A DNA stretch of 64,000 nt, taken from positions 2,123 through 66,122 of the forward strand of contig JAGBIO010000034.1 of NCBI GenBank assembly GCA_017934955.1, in the 5' to 3' direction. Shown here piece after piece: positions 10,079 to 18,581 of this stretch; positions within the stretch are counted from its first letter, which is position 1; the number at the start of each line of letters is the position of its first letter. Origin of the DNA: Clostridia bacterium. GTDB lineage: Bacteria; Bacillota; Clostridia; TANB77; RGIG9151. A model generated the notes under the pieces. That model made no database searches. It saw only the letters and a list, made by a program, of their open reading frames with translations, and was not told the origin of the DNA. The position numbers were made by a program, and so were the translations under genes.

Positions 10079-10177
10079 TTAGGACAGCATGAATGCTGTC
10101 CGTACAGGAAGATAGAGATTGAAATGGATAAAGGTTGCACGATCCTTGTAGGGACACAATTTATTGTGTCCGTTGAG
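10079..10177. repeat. REP pair (type A then type B) lying between the two cgs-like ORFs.
   Basis: Reads aggacagcatgaatgctgtccgtacagg ... gtagggacacaatttattgtgtccgttg. Confidence 0.9.
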
Positions 10178-10199
10178 TATATCTATGTGGAGGATAGAA

Positions 10200-12914
10200 A
10201 TGAGAGATACGAAGAGTATTCTTTGGAGTTATGGAATTTCCGGAGATTTACCGATTGTTTTGATTATTGTTCGAAAATATGAAGATTTGGATGTAATTGA
10301 TGAGTTAATCAAGGCACATGAATATTGGAGATTGAAGGGACTTTTCATTGATTTGGTTGTGATTAGCGATGAGGAAATGAGTTATCATCATCCTTTGTGG
10401 AATAGTATTTTTGATATTATTACTTCGGGGCATTTGATTAATCTACAGAATGTGAGTGGCGGTATTTTTTTGCTGCGGGGAGAGATTTTGTCGAAGGAGG
10501 ATATTTCAAAAATTCGGGAGATTGCGGCGATTGTGGCGGAGAATGGGAAAATTCTTTTGGAGGAAGAGTTGTATGGAGATAATAAGAAGTGCGGTTTTGA
10601 GCAGGAGAGTGTCCCGGAGAAGAAATGTTTGGAGAAGCAAAAGTTGGAGTTTTTTAACGGAATTGGCGGGTTTGATGCAGAGAAAAAAGAATATGTTGTT
10701 TATTTGAATAAACAGCTTTTTCCGTTACTTCCATGGAGCAATGTTTTGGCAAATCCGAATTTCGGAACAATAACGACGGAGTCCGGTGGCGGTTATACGT
10801 GGGCATTGAACAGTCATGAATTTCGTTTGACACCGTGGTTAAACGATAGCGTGAGTGACGGACAGGGAGAGTTTATTGAGATTTTCGATATCGATAAAAA
10901 TCTTTCGTTTTCACCTTATTGGTTGCCATTTCGAAATCCTTTGGAGTATGAAGTGAGATTTGGACTTGGATATACAATTTATACGACGCAGGCAGATGAT
11001 TTGAAGATTACGTTGACGGTGTTTGTGCCTTTGGAAGAGAATGTGAAAATTTCTTTATTGCGAATTGAAAATTTGGCGGATTCTCCGAAACGACTTGCGT
11101 TAAAGTATTATTTGAATCCGGTTTTGGCAGACCATAATCATAAGCGAGAGAATCGGATTGAGAGTTTTTTTGACGGTCATCGATTGACTTTTCGAAATTC
11201 TTTTGAAAAGACATTTATGGCAAATACGGTATATTCGCAGATTTCAGGGAATACAAGTTTCTTTCGAAATCATGAGTTTTATGTCTTGGAAAGTGACTTT
11301 GAAATTGCAGGGAAATCTGGAGCAGAGAAAGTTTGTTTATTGGGCATTTTGGAAGAGGACAGAAAAAACTTTTTGGATGCTTCTACTTGCCGAGAAGAAC
11401 TTAAAAAAGCGGAGGATTTTTATCAAAAAGATATTTTGCGGAGTCAAGTGGATACACCGGATTCGGCGATGAATCTATTGTTAAACAATTTTTTATTGTA
11501 TCAGACGTACAATTGCCGCATTTTAGCGCGAAGTTCTTTTTATCAGTCGGGTGGCGCCATCGGGTTTCGCGATCAGTTGCAGGATGTTCTGCCGTTTGCG
11601 TATTTGAAACCGGAGATTGTGAAGAAGCAGATTTTATTACATGCAAAACATCAGTTTGAGGAAGGCGATGTTCTTCATTGGTGGCATGAAGATTTGATGC
11701 GGGGTACGAGAACACGTTTTTCTGATGATTTGTTATGGTTGGTGTATGTGACGAATGAGTATGTGAATGTGACGCAGGATATGGATTTATTGGATTGCCA
11801 AGTGAATTTTGCGAAGGCACCGTTATTGGATGAGGGCGAGGATGAGCGATATTTGGAGTATTCTTATTCTGAGAATAGTGCGTCGGTTTTTTCGCATTGT
11901 GTGTTGGCGATTGAGAGAAGTTTGAAGTATGGGGAACATGGCTTGGCGTTAATGGGGTCCGGCGATTGGAATGATGGGATGAATGAGGTTGGAAATAAAG
12001 GAAAAGGGGAGAGTGTTTGGCTTTCTTGGTTTTTGTATAAGATCCTTGCGGATTTTTCTCCGATTTGTCGAAGTCGCGGAAGAAATGATTTGGCGGAGCG
12101 ATATTCGAAGGAGGCGGCAATTTTACGTGATAATATTAATAAAAATGCTTGGGATGGAGAATGGTATAAGCGAGCCTTTTTTGATGATGGGACAGCGTTA
12201 GGTTCGATTTCGAATGAAGAGTGTAAAATCGATTCGATTTCGCAGTCTTGGAGTGTGATTTCGGACGCGGGAGAAGAGGAAAAACGTCGAAGGGCGATGA
12301 GTTCGTTAGAACATTATTTGATGGATGATGAAAATGGATTGATTAAGCTGTTGTCGCCGGCGTTTAAGGATTGCGATTTGGAACCGGGATATATTAAGAG
12401 TTATCCAGAGGGAATTCGGGAAAACGGTGGACAGTATACGCATGCGGCAATTTGGGCAGGAATTGCGTTTGCGTTGATGAAGGAAACGGATAAAGCGAAT
12501 AAAGTTTTCGAGATGTTGAATCCGATTAATCATGCGAGAACGGATAGCGAGATGAAGAAGTATAAGGCGGAGCCGTATGTAATTGCGGCGGATGTTTATA
12601 CGAATCCGCTACATGTAGGACGTGGCGGTTGGAGTTGGTACACCGGTGCGGCGTCTTGGATGTATCGATTTGGGGTTGAGTATATTTTGGGATTCCGGAA
12701 AAGGGGAGAACGTGTGATGATGGAGCCTTGCGTGAAGACGGATTGGAGCGATTATGGTTTGACATATCGCTATAAAGATACGGTTTATCATATTCGGGTA
12801 TTCTTGAAAGGGGATAAGAAGAACAAAGTGATTGTGGATCATCATATTCAGGATGGAAATTCCTTTGAGTTGGTGAATGATGGAGAGGAACATTCGATTG
12901 AGGTTTATCGGTAG
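10200..12914 (+). CDS. GH94 glycoside phosphorylase-like catalytic domain, forming the C-terminal portion of the Cgs-like system.
   Basis: ATG at 10200 lies 5 nt after a GGAGGA RBS. Contains LWSYGISGDLPIV and an (alpha/alpha)6-barrel region typical of the cellobiose phosphorylase family. Confidence 0.6.
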   Translation: MRDTKSILWSYGISGDLPIVLIIVRKYEDLDVIDELIKAHEYWRLKGLFIDLVVISDEEMSYHHPLWNSIFDIITSGHLINLQNVSGGIFLLRGEILSKEDISKIREIAAIVAENGKILLEEELYGDNKKCGFEQESVPEKKCLEKQKLEFFNGIGGFDAEKKEYVVYLNKQLFPLLPWSNVLANPNFGTITTESGGGYTWALNSHEFRLTPWLNDSVSDGQGEFIEIFDIDKNLSFSPYWLPFRNPLEYEVRFGLGYTIYTTQADDLKITLTVFVPLEENVKISLLRIENLADSPKRLALKYYLNPVLADHNHKRENRIESFFDGHRLTFRNSFEKTFMANTVYSQISGNTSFFRNHEFYVLESDFEIAGKSGAEKVCLLGILEEDRKNFLDASTCREELKKAEDFYQKDILRSQVDTPDSAMNLLLNNFLLYQTYNCRILARSSFYQSGGAIGFRDQLQDVLPFAYLKPEIVKKQILLHAKHQFEEGDVLHWWHEDLMRGTRTRFSDDLLWLVYVTNEYVNVTQDMDLLDCQVNFAKAPLLDEGEDERYLEYSYSENSASVFSHCVLAIERSLKYGEHGLALMGSGDWNDGMNEVGNKGKGESVWLSWFLYKILADFSPICRSRGRNDLAERYSKEAAILRDNINKNAWDGEWYKRAFFDDGTALGSISNEECKIDSISQSWSVISDAGEEEKRRRAMSSLEHYLMDDENGLIKLLSPAFKDCDLEPGYIKSYPEGIRENGGQYTHAAIWAGIAFALMKETDKANKVFEMLNPINHARTDSEMKKYKAEPYVIAADVYTNPLHVGRGGWSWYTGAASWMYRFGVEYILGFRKRGERVMMEPCVKTDWSDYGLTYRYKDTVYHIRVFLKGDKKNKVIVDHHIQDGNSFELVNDGEEHSIEVYR

Positions 12915-12956
12915 AATGAGCATTTAATAGATAAGTTCTAAAAAGTTGTATATAAT

Positions 12957-12985
12957 TTGACTTTTTGGAACTTATCTATTATAAT
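12957..12985 (+). promoter_or_regulatory. Sigma-A-type promoter (TTGACT, 17-nt spacer, TATAAT) nested in a 13-bp perfect inverted repeat.
   Basis: Consensus hexamers read directly. AATAGATAAGTTC (12926-12938) and GAACTTATCTATT (12968-12980) flank and overlap them. Confidence 0.5.
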
Positions 12986-13005
12986 ATTCTTAAGAGGTGT
13001 TTTTT

Positions 13006-14298
13006 ATGAAAAGAGAAATTATGAAGGATTTGTTAAAATGGAAGGAATCGAATCATAGAAAGCCACTCATTGTTCATGGGGCAAGACAGGTTGGGAAGAC
13101 GTATAGTGTGAAAGAGTTTGGAAAGCAGAATTATGATAATATGATATATGTTAATTTTGAGACGAATAAGGAATTGAGTAAGCAGATTGATGAAAGCATA
13201 GATGTACACTATATTATCAATAAATTGGAGTTATTTTTCGGAGAAAAAATTATTCCGGGAAAAACTTTGGTGTTTTTTGATGAAATTCAGGCAAATGAGA
13301 GGGCATTGACTTCGTTGAAGTATTTTTGTGAGGATGCGCCGGAGTATCATGTGATTGCTGCGGGATCTTTGCTTGGAATTGCCATTAATCGTGAGAACTA
13401 TTCTTTCCCGGTAGGAAAAGTGCAAATGTTGAATATGTATCCGCTTTCTTTTCAGGAATTTTTGATGGCAGTCAATCGGGAGAATTTAATCGAGGAGATT
13501 CGGAGACATTTTGAGACGGATGAGAGAATGGATAACAATTTGCATGAATTGTGTTTGCGGCTATATCGGACGTATTTGATTGTAGGCGGAATGCCGGAGG
13601 TGGTTCAAACTTATTTAGAGGAAGAAAAAGTGATTGCGGTATTAGATGTGCAGGCAATGATTTTAGATTCTTATGTGAGAGATATGACGAAGTATGCTAC
13701 TAATTCCGAGTCCAATAAAATTGTAGCGGCATTTGATTCCATCCCGGTTCAATTGGCAAAAGATAATCCGAAATTTCAGTATAAAGTGATTTCTCGTGGG
13801 GCAACCTCAAGTTTGTTTGGACCTGCGATTTTGTGGTTAAAAAATAGTGGAATTGTGAATCAGGTATTTAAGGTGAATCCGCAAATACCATTAGAAATGT
13901 ATAAGGATTTAGCGTCGTTTAAGCTATATATGAGCGATGTGGGGTTATTTGTAAATAAGGCAGGTTATCCTTTATATCAGGTTGATTTAAGTTCACAACC
14001 GACGATGATTTCAATGGGACCTCTTACAGAACATTATGTAGCAAATGAGTTAAAAGTGAATGGATATGAAGCCTATTATTGGGAGTCAGAAGGAAAGGCA
14101 GAAGTGGATTTTATTATTCAAAGAGATATGAATGTTGTTCCGATTGAAGTAAAATCCGGAATTCAGATAAAGTCCAGAAGTTTGGATTTGTATCGGAAAA
14201 CATTTCAACCGGAGTATGCAATTCGAATTTCCGAGAGAAATTTTGGATTTGAGAACGGAATAAAGTCGGTACCATTGTATGCTGTGTTTTGTATATAA
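13006..14298 (+). CDS. AAA+ ATPase with a C-terminal DUF4143 domain.
   Basis: Walker A GARQVGKT and Walker B VFFDEIQ are present. RBS TAAGAGG lies 8 nt upstream. Confidence 0.7.
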   Translation: MKREIMKDLLKWKESNHRKPLIVHGARQVGKTYSVKEFGKQNYDNMIYVNFETNKELSKQIDESIDVHYIINKLELFFGEKIIPGKTLVFFDEIQANERALTSLKYFCEDAPEYHVIAAGSLLGIAINRENYSFPVGKVQMLNMYPLSFQEFLMAVNRENLIEEIRRHFETDERMDNNLHELCLRLYRTYLIVGGMPEVVQTYLEEEKVIAVLDVQAMILDSYVRDMTKYATNSESNKIVAAFDSIPVQLAKDNPKFQYKVISRGATSSLFGPAILWLKNSGIVNQVFKVNPQIPLEMYKDLASFKLYMSDVGLFVNKAGYPLYQVDLSSQPTMISMGPLTEHYVANELKVNGYEAYYWESEGKAEVDFIIQRDMNVVPIEVKSGIQIKSRSLDLYRKTFQPEYAIRISERNFGFENGIKSVPLYAVFCI

Positions 14299-14340
14299 AA
14301 GAAAAGCCCCTGTGCTGTTAACAGGAGCTTTTCTTTTAAA
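14299..14340. terminator. Bidirectional rho-independent terminator.
   Basis: AAAAGCCCCTGTGCTGTTAACAGGAGCTTTTCTTTT forms a hairpin flanked by A and T runs, between convergent genes. Confidence 0.6.
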
Positions 14341-14584
14341 GCATTTGTAAAATAAATAAAACGGCAATTCCTGGAAGACCTAAAACGCCGGCAACGAGTG
14401 CGGTGACGAAGTTTAGATCGATGTGGAAACCAAAATATTGACCGATGAAATTAATGATGATGAGGGCGAGTCCGCCTAAAATTGCATTTGCAAAGAGTTT
14501 TAAAATAAATTTTATCGGTGCGGCAAATAATTTTGCGATTAGGCAGACGCCGATAATCGCGGCTATGTATATGAATATTTCCAT
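14336..14584 (-). CDS. bofA: Sigma-K processing inhibitor BofA.
   Basis: 82 aa with two transmembrane helices. Matches the BofA pattern including the LGLPGIA-like C-terminal helix. Lies downstream of a yaaL-like gene, as in Bacillus. Confidence 0.6.
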   Translation of the reverse strand: MEIFIYIAAIIGVCLIAKLFAAPIKFILKLFANAILGGLALIIINFIGQYFGFHIDLNFVTALVAGVLGLPGIAVLFILQML

Positions 14585-14599
14585 GTGGATTCCTCCTTA

Positions 14600-14878
14600 C
14601 TAAAGCCCTTTTTCCTTTGCTTTTTTGAGTAAGTACTGGTATCTCGTTTGGGTTGCTTTGATGTTATAGGTGTAGTAATCGACGAGTTCCGGATCGTTTG
14701 CAAATTCATAGTTGTTTACGGCTGTTTCAAATTCATTTTGGGCATTTTTTAAATTTTTAATTAATTCAATGGTGTCGGTATCTTCGGGCTTGGTTTTTGT
14801 TATTTTTTCAAGCAGATACTGAAAGATATTGGCATCTTTCTTTTCGATATTTGTGATATCATTGAAAATCTCTTCCAT
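14600..14878 (-). CDS. yaaL: YaaL/DUF2508 family protein.
   Basis: 92-aa acidic helical protein immediately upstream of bofA, the conserved yaaL-bofA synteny. Confidence 0.5.
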   Translation of the reverse strand: MEEIFNDITNIEKKDANIFQYLLEKITKTKPEDTDTIELIKNLKNAQNEFETAVNNYEFANDPELVDYYTYNIKATQTRYQYLLKKAKEKGL

Positions 14879-14902
14879 ATGACTACCTCCAAAGTAATAA
14901 AT

Positions 14903-14929
14903 ACGAGGATCCTGTCCTCGTATTTACAT
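14903..14929 (-). terminator. Hairpin terminator after the SLH protein gene.
   Basis: ATACGAGGA-TCCTG-TCCTCGTAT gives a 9-bp stem followed by a T-rich tract on the minus strand. Confidence 0.5.
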
Positions 14930-14958
14930 TATAGTCATAGGTTTCTGAAATTATTCCA

Positions 14959-17325
14959 TTAATCCATTAAAATGATAAGACTGGTATAATATTTTGAAGA
15001 TTTTTCTTTGTATACGAAAACTACCACCTCATCGTCTTCGTCTAAAACATCTTCGTAGTCATCTGCATAGTAATATAAATCGCCTTCCGGGTCGTCGGAA
15101 GATCTTTCAATGATGACACAATCATCTGCAATTTCAAAGGAGTATTCTTCGCCGTCATCGTCTTCGATTACGAGCTCGTCGTCGTATAATTCCGTGATAT
15201 ATCCGAAAACATAACCGTCGTCGATATTACTGCTGCTTGAAGAGGAGGAATTGAAGGCTGATTCTTTTGCAGCTAATTCAATTTTTTCAATATAATCATC
15301 ATCGTCTAAGGTCAGTCTTAAGAAAAGACCTTTTTTATAAAGATAAGATGTTGTAGAAACTGCAGAATAAGTCTTTGATACGGCGTTGTAGGAGAAGGTT
15401 GTCTTATTATCGAAATAGTAATCTTCGTCGCCTTCATCATATTCACCAAGGTAATCGTCCATTAAAACGTATTCTTTTCCGTCTTCATCTTCAATAATGA
15501 GATAACCGTCGGATTTACCGACTTCTACGATTTCACCGACAATTTTTTCCGGAGTTTCATCATCTGTTAAAGTGGATTCTTTTGAAGCAACTTCGATTTT
15601 AGTAAGATAATCGTTTTTATCCATTGTAATTTTTACATAGTAGCCTTTTTTATAAAGGTAAGATGTAGTTGCAATCGATTTATAAGATTTTGAAGACCCG
15701 TTATAAGTAAAGTCAGTATCGTCATCGAAATAGTAATCTTCGTCACCGTCGGAATATTCATCAATGTAGTCATCCATTAAAGTATATTTTTCGCCGTCAT
15801 CATCTTCGATAATAATGTAACCTTCGTCGTCATCCGCTTTTGTGATTTTTCCGATAATGGTTTCTTCAGAAGAAGTAAATTCAGATTTTTTGGAAGCAAC
15901 TTCGATTTTCGTAAGGTAATCATTTTTATCCACTGTAATCTTTACATAGTAACCCTTTTTGTAGAGATAAGATGTTGTGGCAATCGATTTATAAGTCTTT
16001 GAAGAACCATTGTAGGTAAATTTGGTATCATCATCGAAATAGTAATCTTCGTCGTTATCGGAATACTCATCGATATAGTCGTCCATTAAAGTATATTTTT
16101 CGCCGTCATCATCTTCGATAATGAGATAACCTTCGTCATCATCTGCTTTTGTAATCTTTCCGATAATGGTCTCTTCGGTTGCTGTTGCTTTTTTCGTTTC
16201 GATTTTAGTAATCGTATCCTCATTTTCTACCGTTAAAGTGATAGAATAATTCTTTTTCAAAGCTGAGGAAGCTGTTGAAGTTTTTCCGTCTAAATAGAAT
16301 TTTGTAGAAGATGTGTAATTATAGGTTGTTTTCTTTGCATTTTTTGTAACAGTGACCGTCTTTTTGGAAGTATCAAAGTCGGAAATTGTACCACTGACGG
16401 TTGTAATTACATCTTTTGTCATCTTCATCATGGTAATGTATGTACTGTCTTTCAAGGTAACGGTTACCGTGAGTCCTTTTTCCATTTCACTTGACGTTTT
16501 CTTCGTGGAATTTACATAGAATTCCGTGGAAGAATCGTATTCGTATTCTTCGGTATTTCCGGAAGAGTCTTTAATAAATACTGTTTTTAAAGTGGTATCA
16601 ATTTTAGTGATAGTACCGTTTAACACGGTAACTTTTCCTGTTGAAGTATTGGAATTTGAAGAGTTATTCGAAGTATCCGGTTTAATATCTACTTTTTTAT
16701 AAATTCTTTGTAAAATACAAGCCGCTTGCGCTCTTGTTACATTTGTTTTCGGCGAGAAATTTTCACTATCTACGCCGGCCATAATTTTTTCGGTGGAAAC
16801 GTAATAAACGTATGGCTTAGCACTTGGCGTGATGGAAGAAGCATCTGCGAAAGGAAGAATAATTAAAGATTTCGACTTTACTTCTTCAGCTTTTCCCATT
16901 ACTTTTGTAATTAAAACTGCCATTTCTTCACGAGTAATCGGTGCGTTGACTTGATCCGCAGAAAGCAGATTATCTAAATCACTTGTTTCTAACACTTTTG
17001 TTCCCAATAAATAGGCAACATCTTTTTTATATTGGGTTGTATATTTTGAAAGCGTATCGTAATAAGTTTCTAAGTATTTGTTTGCTGCATCCGGATAATT
17101 GTTAATGCCGGCGATTCTTGCGAGTAAAATCAAACTCTCGATTTTTGAAATGTTTTTGGATGGACGAAACGTACCGTCGGTATAGCCGGAAATAATTTTT
17201 TGTTCTACCATCTCTTCTACTACTTTTTGTGCCCAGTGTGTTTCGGGTAAATCCGAAAAAGTTTGAGCTAACGATGTTGATAATAGCATTGCTGCCGCAC
17301 ATGACAGTGCAATAAGTTTTTTCAT
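14959..17325 (-). CDS. Cell-surface protein with an N-terminal S-layer-homology (SLH) region and C-terminal highly acidic tandem repeats.
   Basis: Signal peptide MKKLIALSCAAAML is present. The SLH-like segment reads FSDLPETHWAQKVVEEM...ISGYTDGTFRP. There are three ~105-aa repeats rich in D/E (DDDGEKYTLMDDYIDEYSD). AGGAGG RBS precedes ATG at 17325. Confidence 0.7.
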   Translation of the reverse strand: MKKLIALSCAAAMLLSTSLAQTFSDLPETHWAQKVVEEMVEQKIISGYTDGTFRPSKNISKIESLILLARIAGINNYPDAANKYLETYYDTLSKYTTQYKKDVAYLLGTKVLETSDLDNLLSADQVNAPITREEMAVLITKVMGKAEEVKSKSLIILPFADASSITPSAKPYVYYVSTEKIMAGVDSENFSPKTNVTRAQAACILQRIYKKVDIKPDTSNNSSNSNTSTGKVTVLNGTITKIDTTLKTVFIKDSSGNTEEYEYDSSTEFYVNSTKKTSSEMEKGLTVTVTLKDSTYITMMKMTKDVITTVSGTISDFDTSKKTVTVTKNAKKTTYNYTSSTKFYLDGKTSTASSALKKNYSITLTVENEDTITKIETKKATATEETIIGKITKADDDEGYLIIEDDDGEKYTLMDDYIDEYSDNDEDYYFDDDTKFTYNGSSKTYKSIATTSYLYKKGYYVKITVDKNDYLTKIEVASKKSEFTSSEETIIGKITKADDDEGYIIIEDDDGEKYTLMDDYIDEYSDGDEDYYFDDDTDFTYNGSSKSYKSIATTSYLYKKGYYVKITMDKNDYLTKIEVASKESTLTDDETPEKIVGEIVEVGKSDGYLIIEDEDGKEYVLMDDYLGEYDEGDEDYYFDNKTTFSYNAVSKTYSAVSTTSYLYKKGLFLRLTLDDDDYIEKIELAAKESAFNSSSSSSSNIDDGYVFGYITELYDDELVIEDDDGEEYSFEIADDCVIIERSSDDPEGDLYYYADDYEDVLDEDDEVVVFVYKEKSSKYYTSLIILMD

Positions 17326-17575
17326 AAGTATCCTCCTTACGTAAAACACAATAAATTTTACACCATCATTCTATCATAAAACATTGGAGAATGGTAGTGT
17401 TTTTCATTTTTTCAACTTGGAAAATTTTCTTAACACATCTCATTAGACGAATTTTGGCAAAATTAAGTTTCACAAATTTGGAATTTTAAATTTTTTTTTC
17501 AAAATTTGTTAAGTAAGTTTGAAAAATGCCGATATGTTGGTTAGATAAATCAAAAGACAAGTGGAGGTTAGGAAT

Positions 17576-18166
17576 ATGAAGAGCAAAGGGAACGTTTTTA
17601 TAAATGCAGAGGACTTATATCAAGGGAAGACTGCTAAGATTGTGTATAACGGATCTTTAGCAAAAACAGGAAGTGACGCATTATATATTCATTTAGGATT
17701 TGGTATGATGTGGGATAATCTCACAGAAATTAAAATGACAAAAACAAATGAAGGATTTGTAGCAGAGGTACCGATTGCAAAGGCTGATTCGATTAACTTC
17801 TGCTTCAGAGATTCGAATAATAATTGGGATAATAATTCTTGCAAGAATTATTCTTACGCTGTTTCGAAACCGAAGATGATTAAAGCGACAGCTGAAACGA
17901 TCATTACTCCGGTAACGAATAAAGTAGAAGCCAAAATGTCTGAAATTGCAAAGATTATTGAGAACGCAACTCCTGCTGTTCCTAACGAACTCAGTTTGGT
18001 TCCTTCCAAGAATATTACGGAAGCGTATATTCAGAGAAAGAAGAATAAGTTGATGTTCTATAGATTGTTTAATTTTATTCCGAGAGAATTAACCGGAAAC
18101 GGAAAGAAGAACAAGACTTCCGGCGGATTGTTCAGCGGATTGTTTGGAAATACAAGAATTAAATAA
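17576..18166 (+). CDS. Hypothetical protein with a CBM25/26-like carbohydrate-binding N-domain. Its C-terminal ~40 aa are duplicated downstream.
   Basis: GGAGG RBS present. W/Y-rich beta-sandwich-like pattern (YIHLGFGMMWDN, NNNWDNNSCKNY). Confidence 0.35.
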   Translation: MKSKGNVFINAEDLYQGKTAKIVYNGSLAKTGSDALYIHLGFGMMWDNLTEIKMTKTNEGFVAEVPIAKADSINFCFRDSNNNWDNNSCKNYSYAVSKPKMIKATAETIITPVTNKVEAKMSEIAKIIENATPAVPNELSLVPSKNITEAYIQRKKNKLMFYRLFNFIPRELTGNGKKNKTSGGLFSGLFGNTRIK

Positions 18167-18176
18167 GAGATGAAAA
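18035..18176. repeat. Direct repeat, copy 1. Covers the 3' end of the 17576 gene and its terminator leader. Copy 2 is at 21655..21778.
   Basis: About 125 bp near-identical apart from two small indels. Flanks the 3.5-kb surface-protein module. Confidence 0.85.
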
Positions 18177-18200
18177 GACGGTGCGGTACCGTCTTTTTTG
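18167..18200 (+). terminator. Rho-independent terminator.
   Basis: AAGACGGTGCGGTACCGTCTTTTTTG. Confidence 0.7.
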
Positions 18201-18382
18201 CAATTCAGACTATAACTTATGGAGAACGTTTGCGCCATTATTTACCCAATTTCATATTGTAACTTATTTACTATAAAACCAATTATTGTTATACTTTTTT
18301 TTACTCTGCTGTAATGAAATTTTCTGTTAAGAAATAGGAAGAGAATGCCGATATTTAGAAAGAATGAGGAGGTGTACCCGAA

Positions 18383-18478
18383 ATGACTGAATTACAGAAT
18401 TTATTAAGTGAAATGAACAAAAATATTTGCGAAATCAATATGGTAAAAACTGTAATTGGGGGGGGGGTACACTATTAG
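18383..18478 (+). other. 31-codon leader ORF containing a G10 homopolymer (18458..18467), upstream of the surface-protein gene.
   Basis: GGAGG at 18368 precedes ATG at 18383. The G10 run is translated as GGG-GGG-GGG-G and stops at TAG 18476. A run this long is exceptional in this AT-rich genome. Confidence 0.6.
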
Positions 18479-18581
18479 ATAAAAAGAATAAAGAAGAAAT
18501 AATAAAGCATAGGGAAGAAAGTAGTTTAAAGTCAGAAGGGCTTTAGACTGCTTTCTTTTTGTGTTTTAAAGGAGGAGCAAG

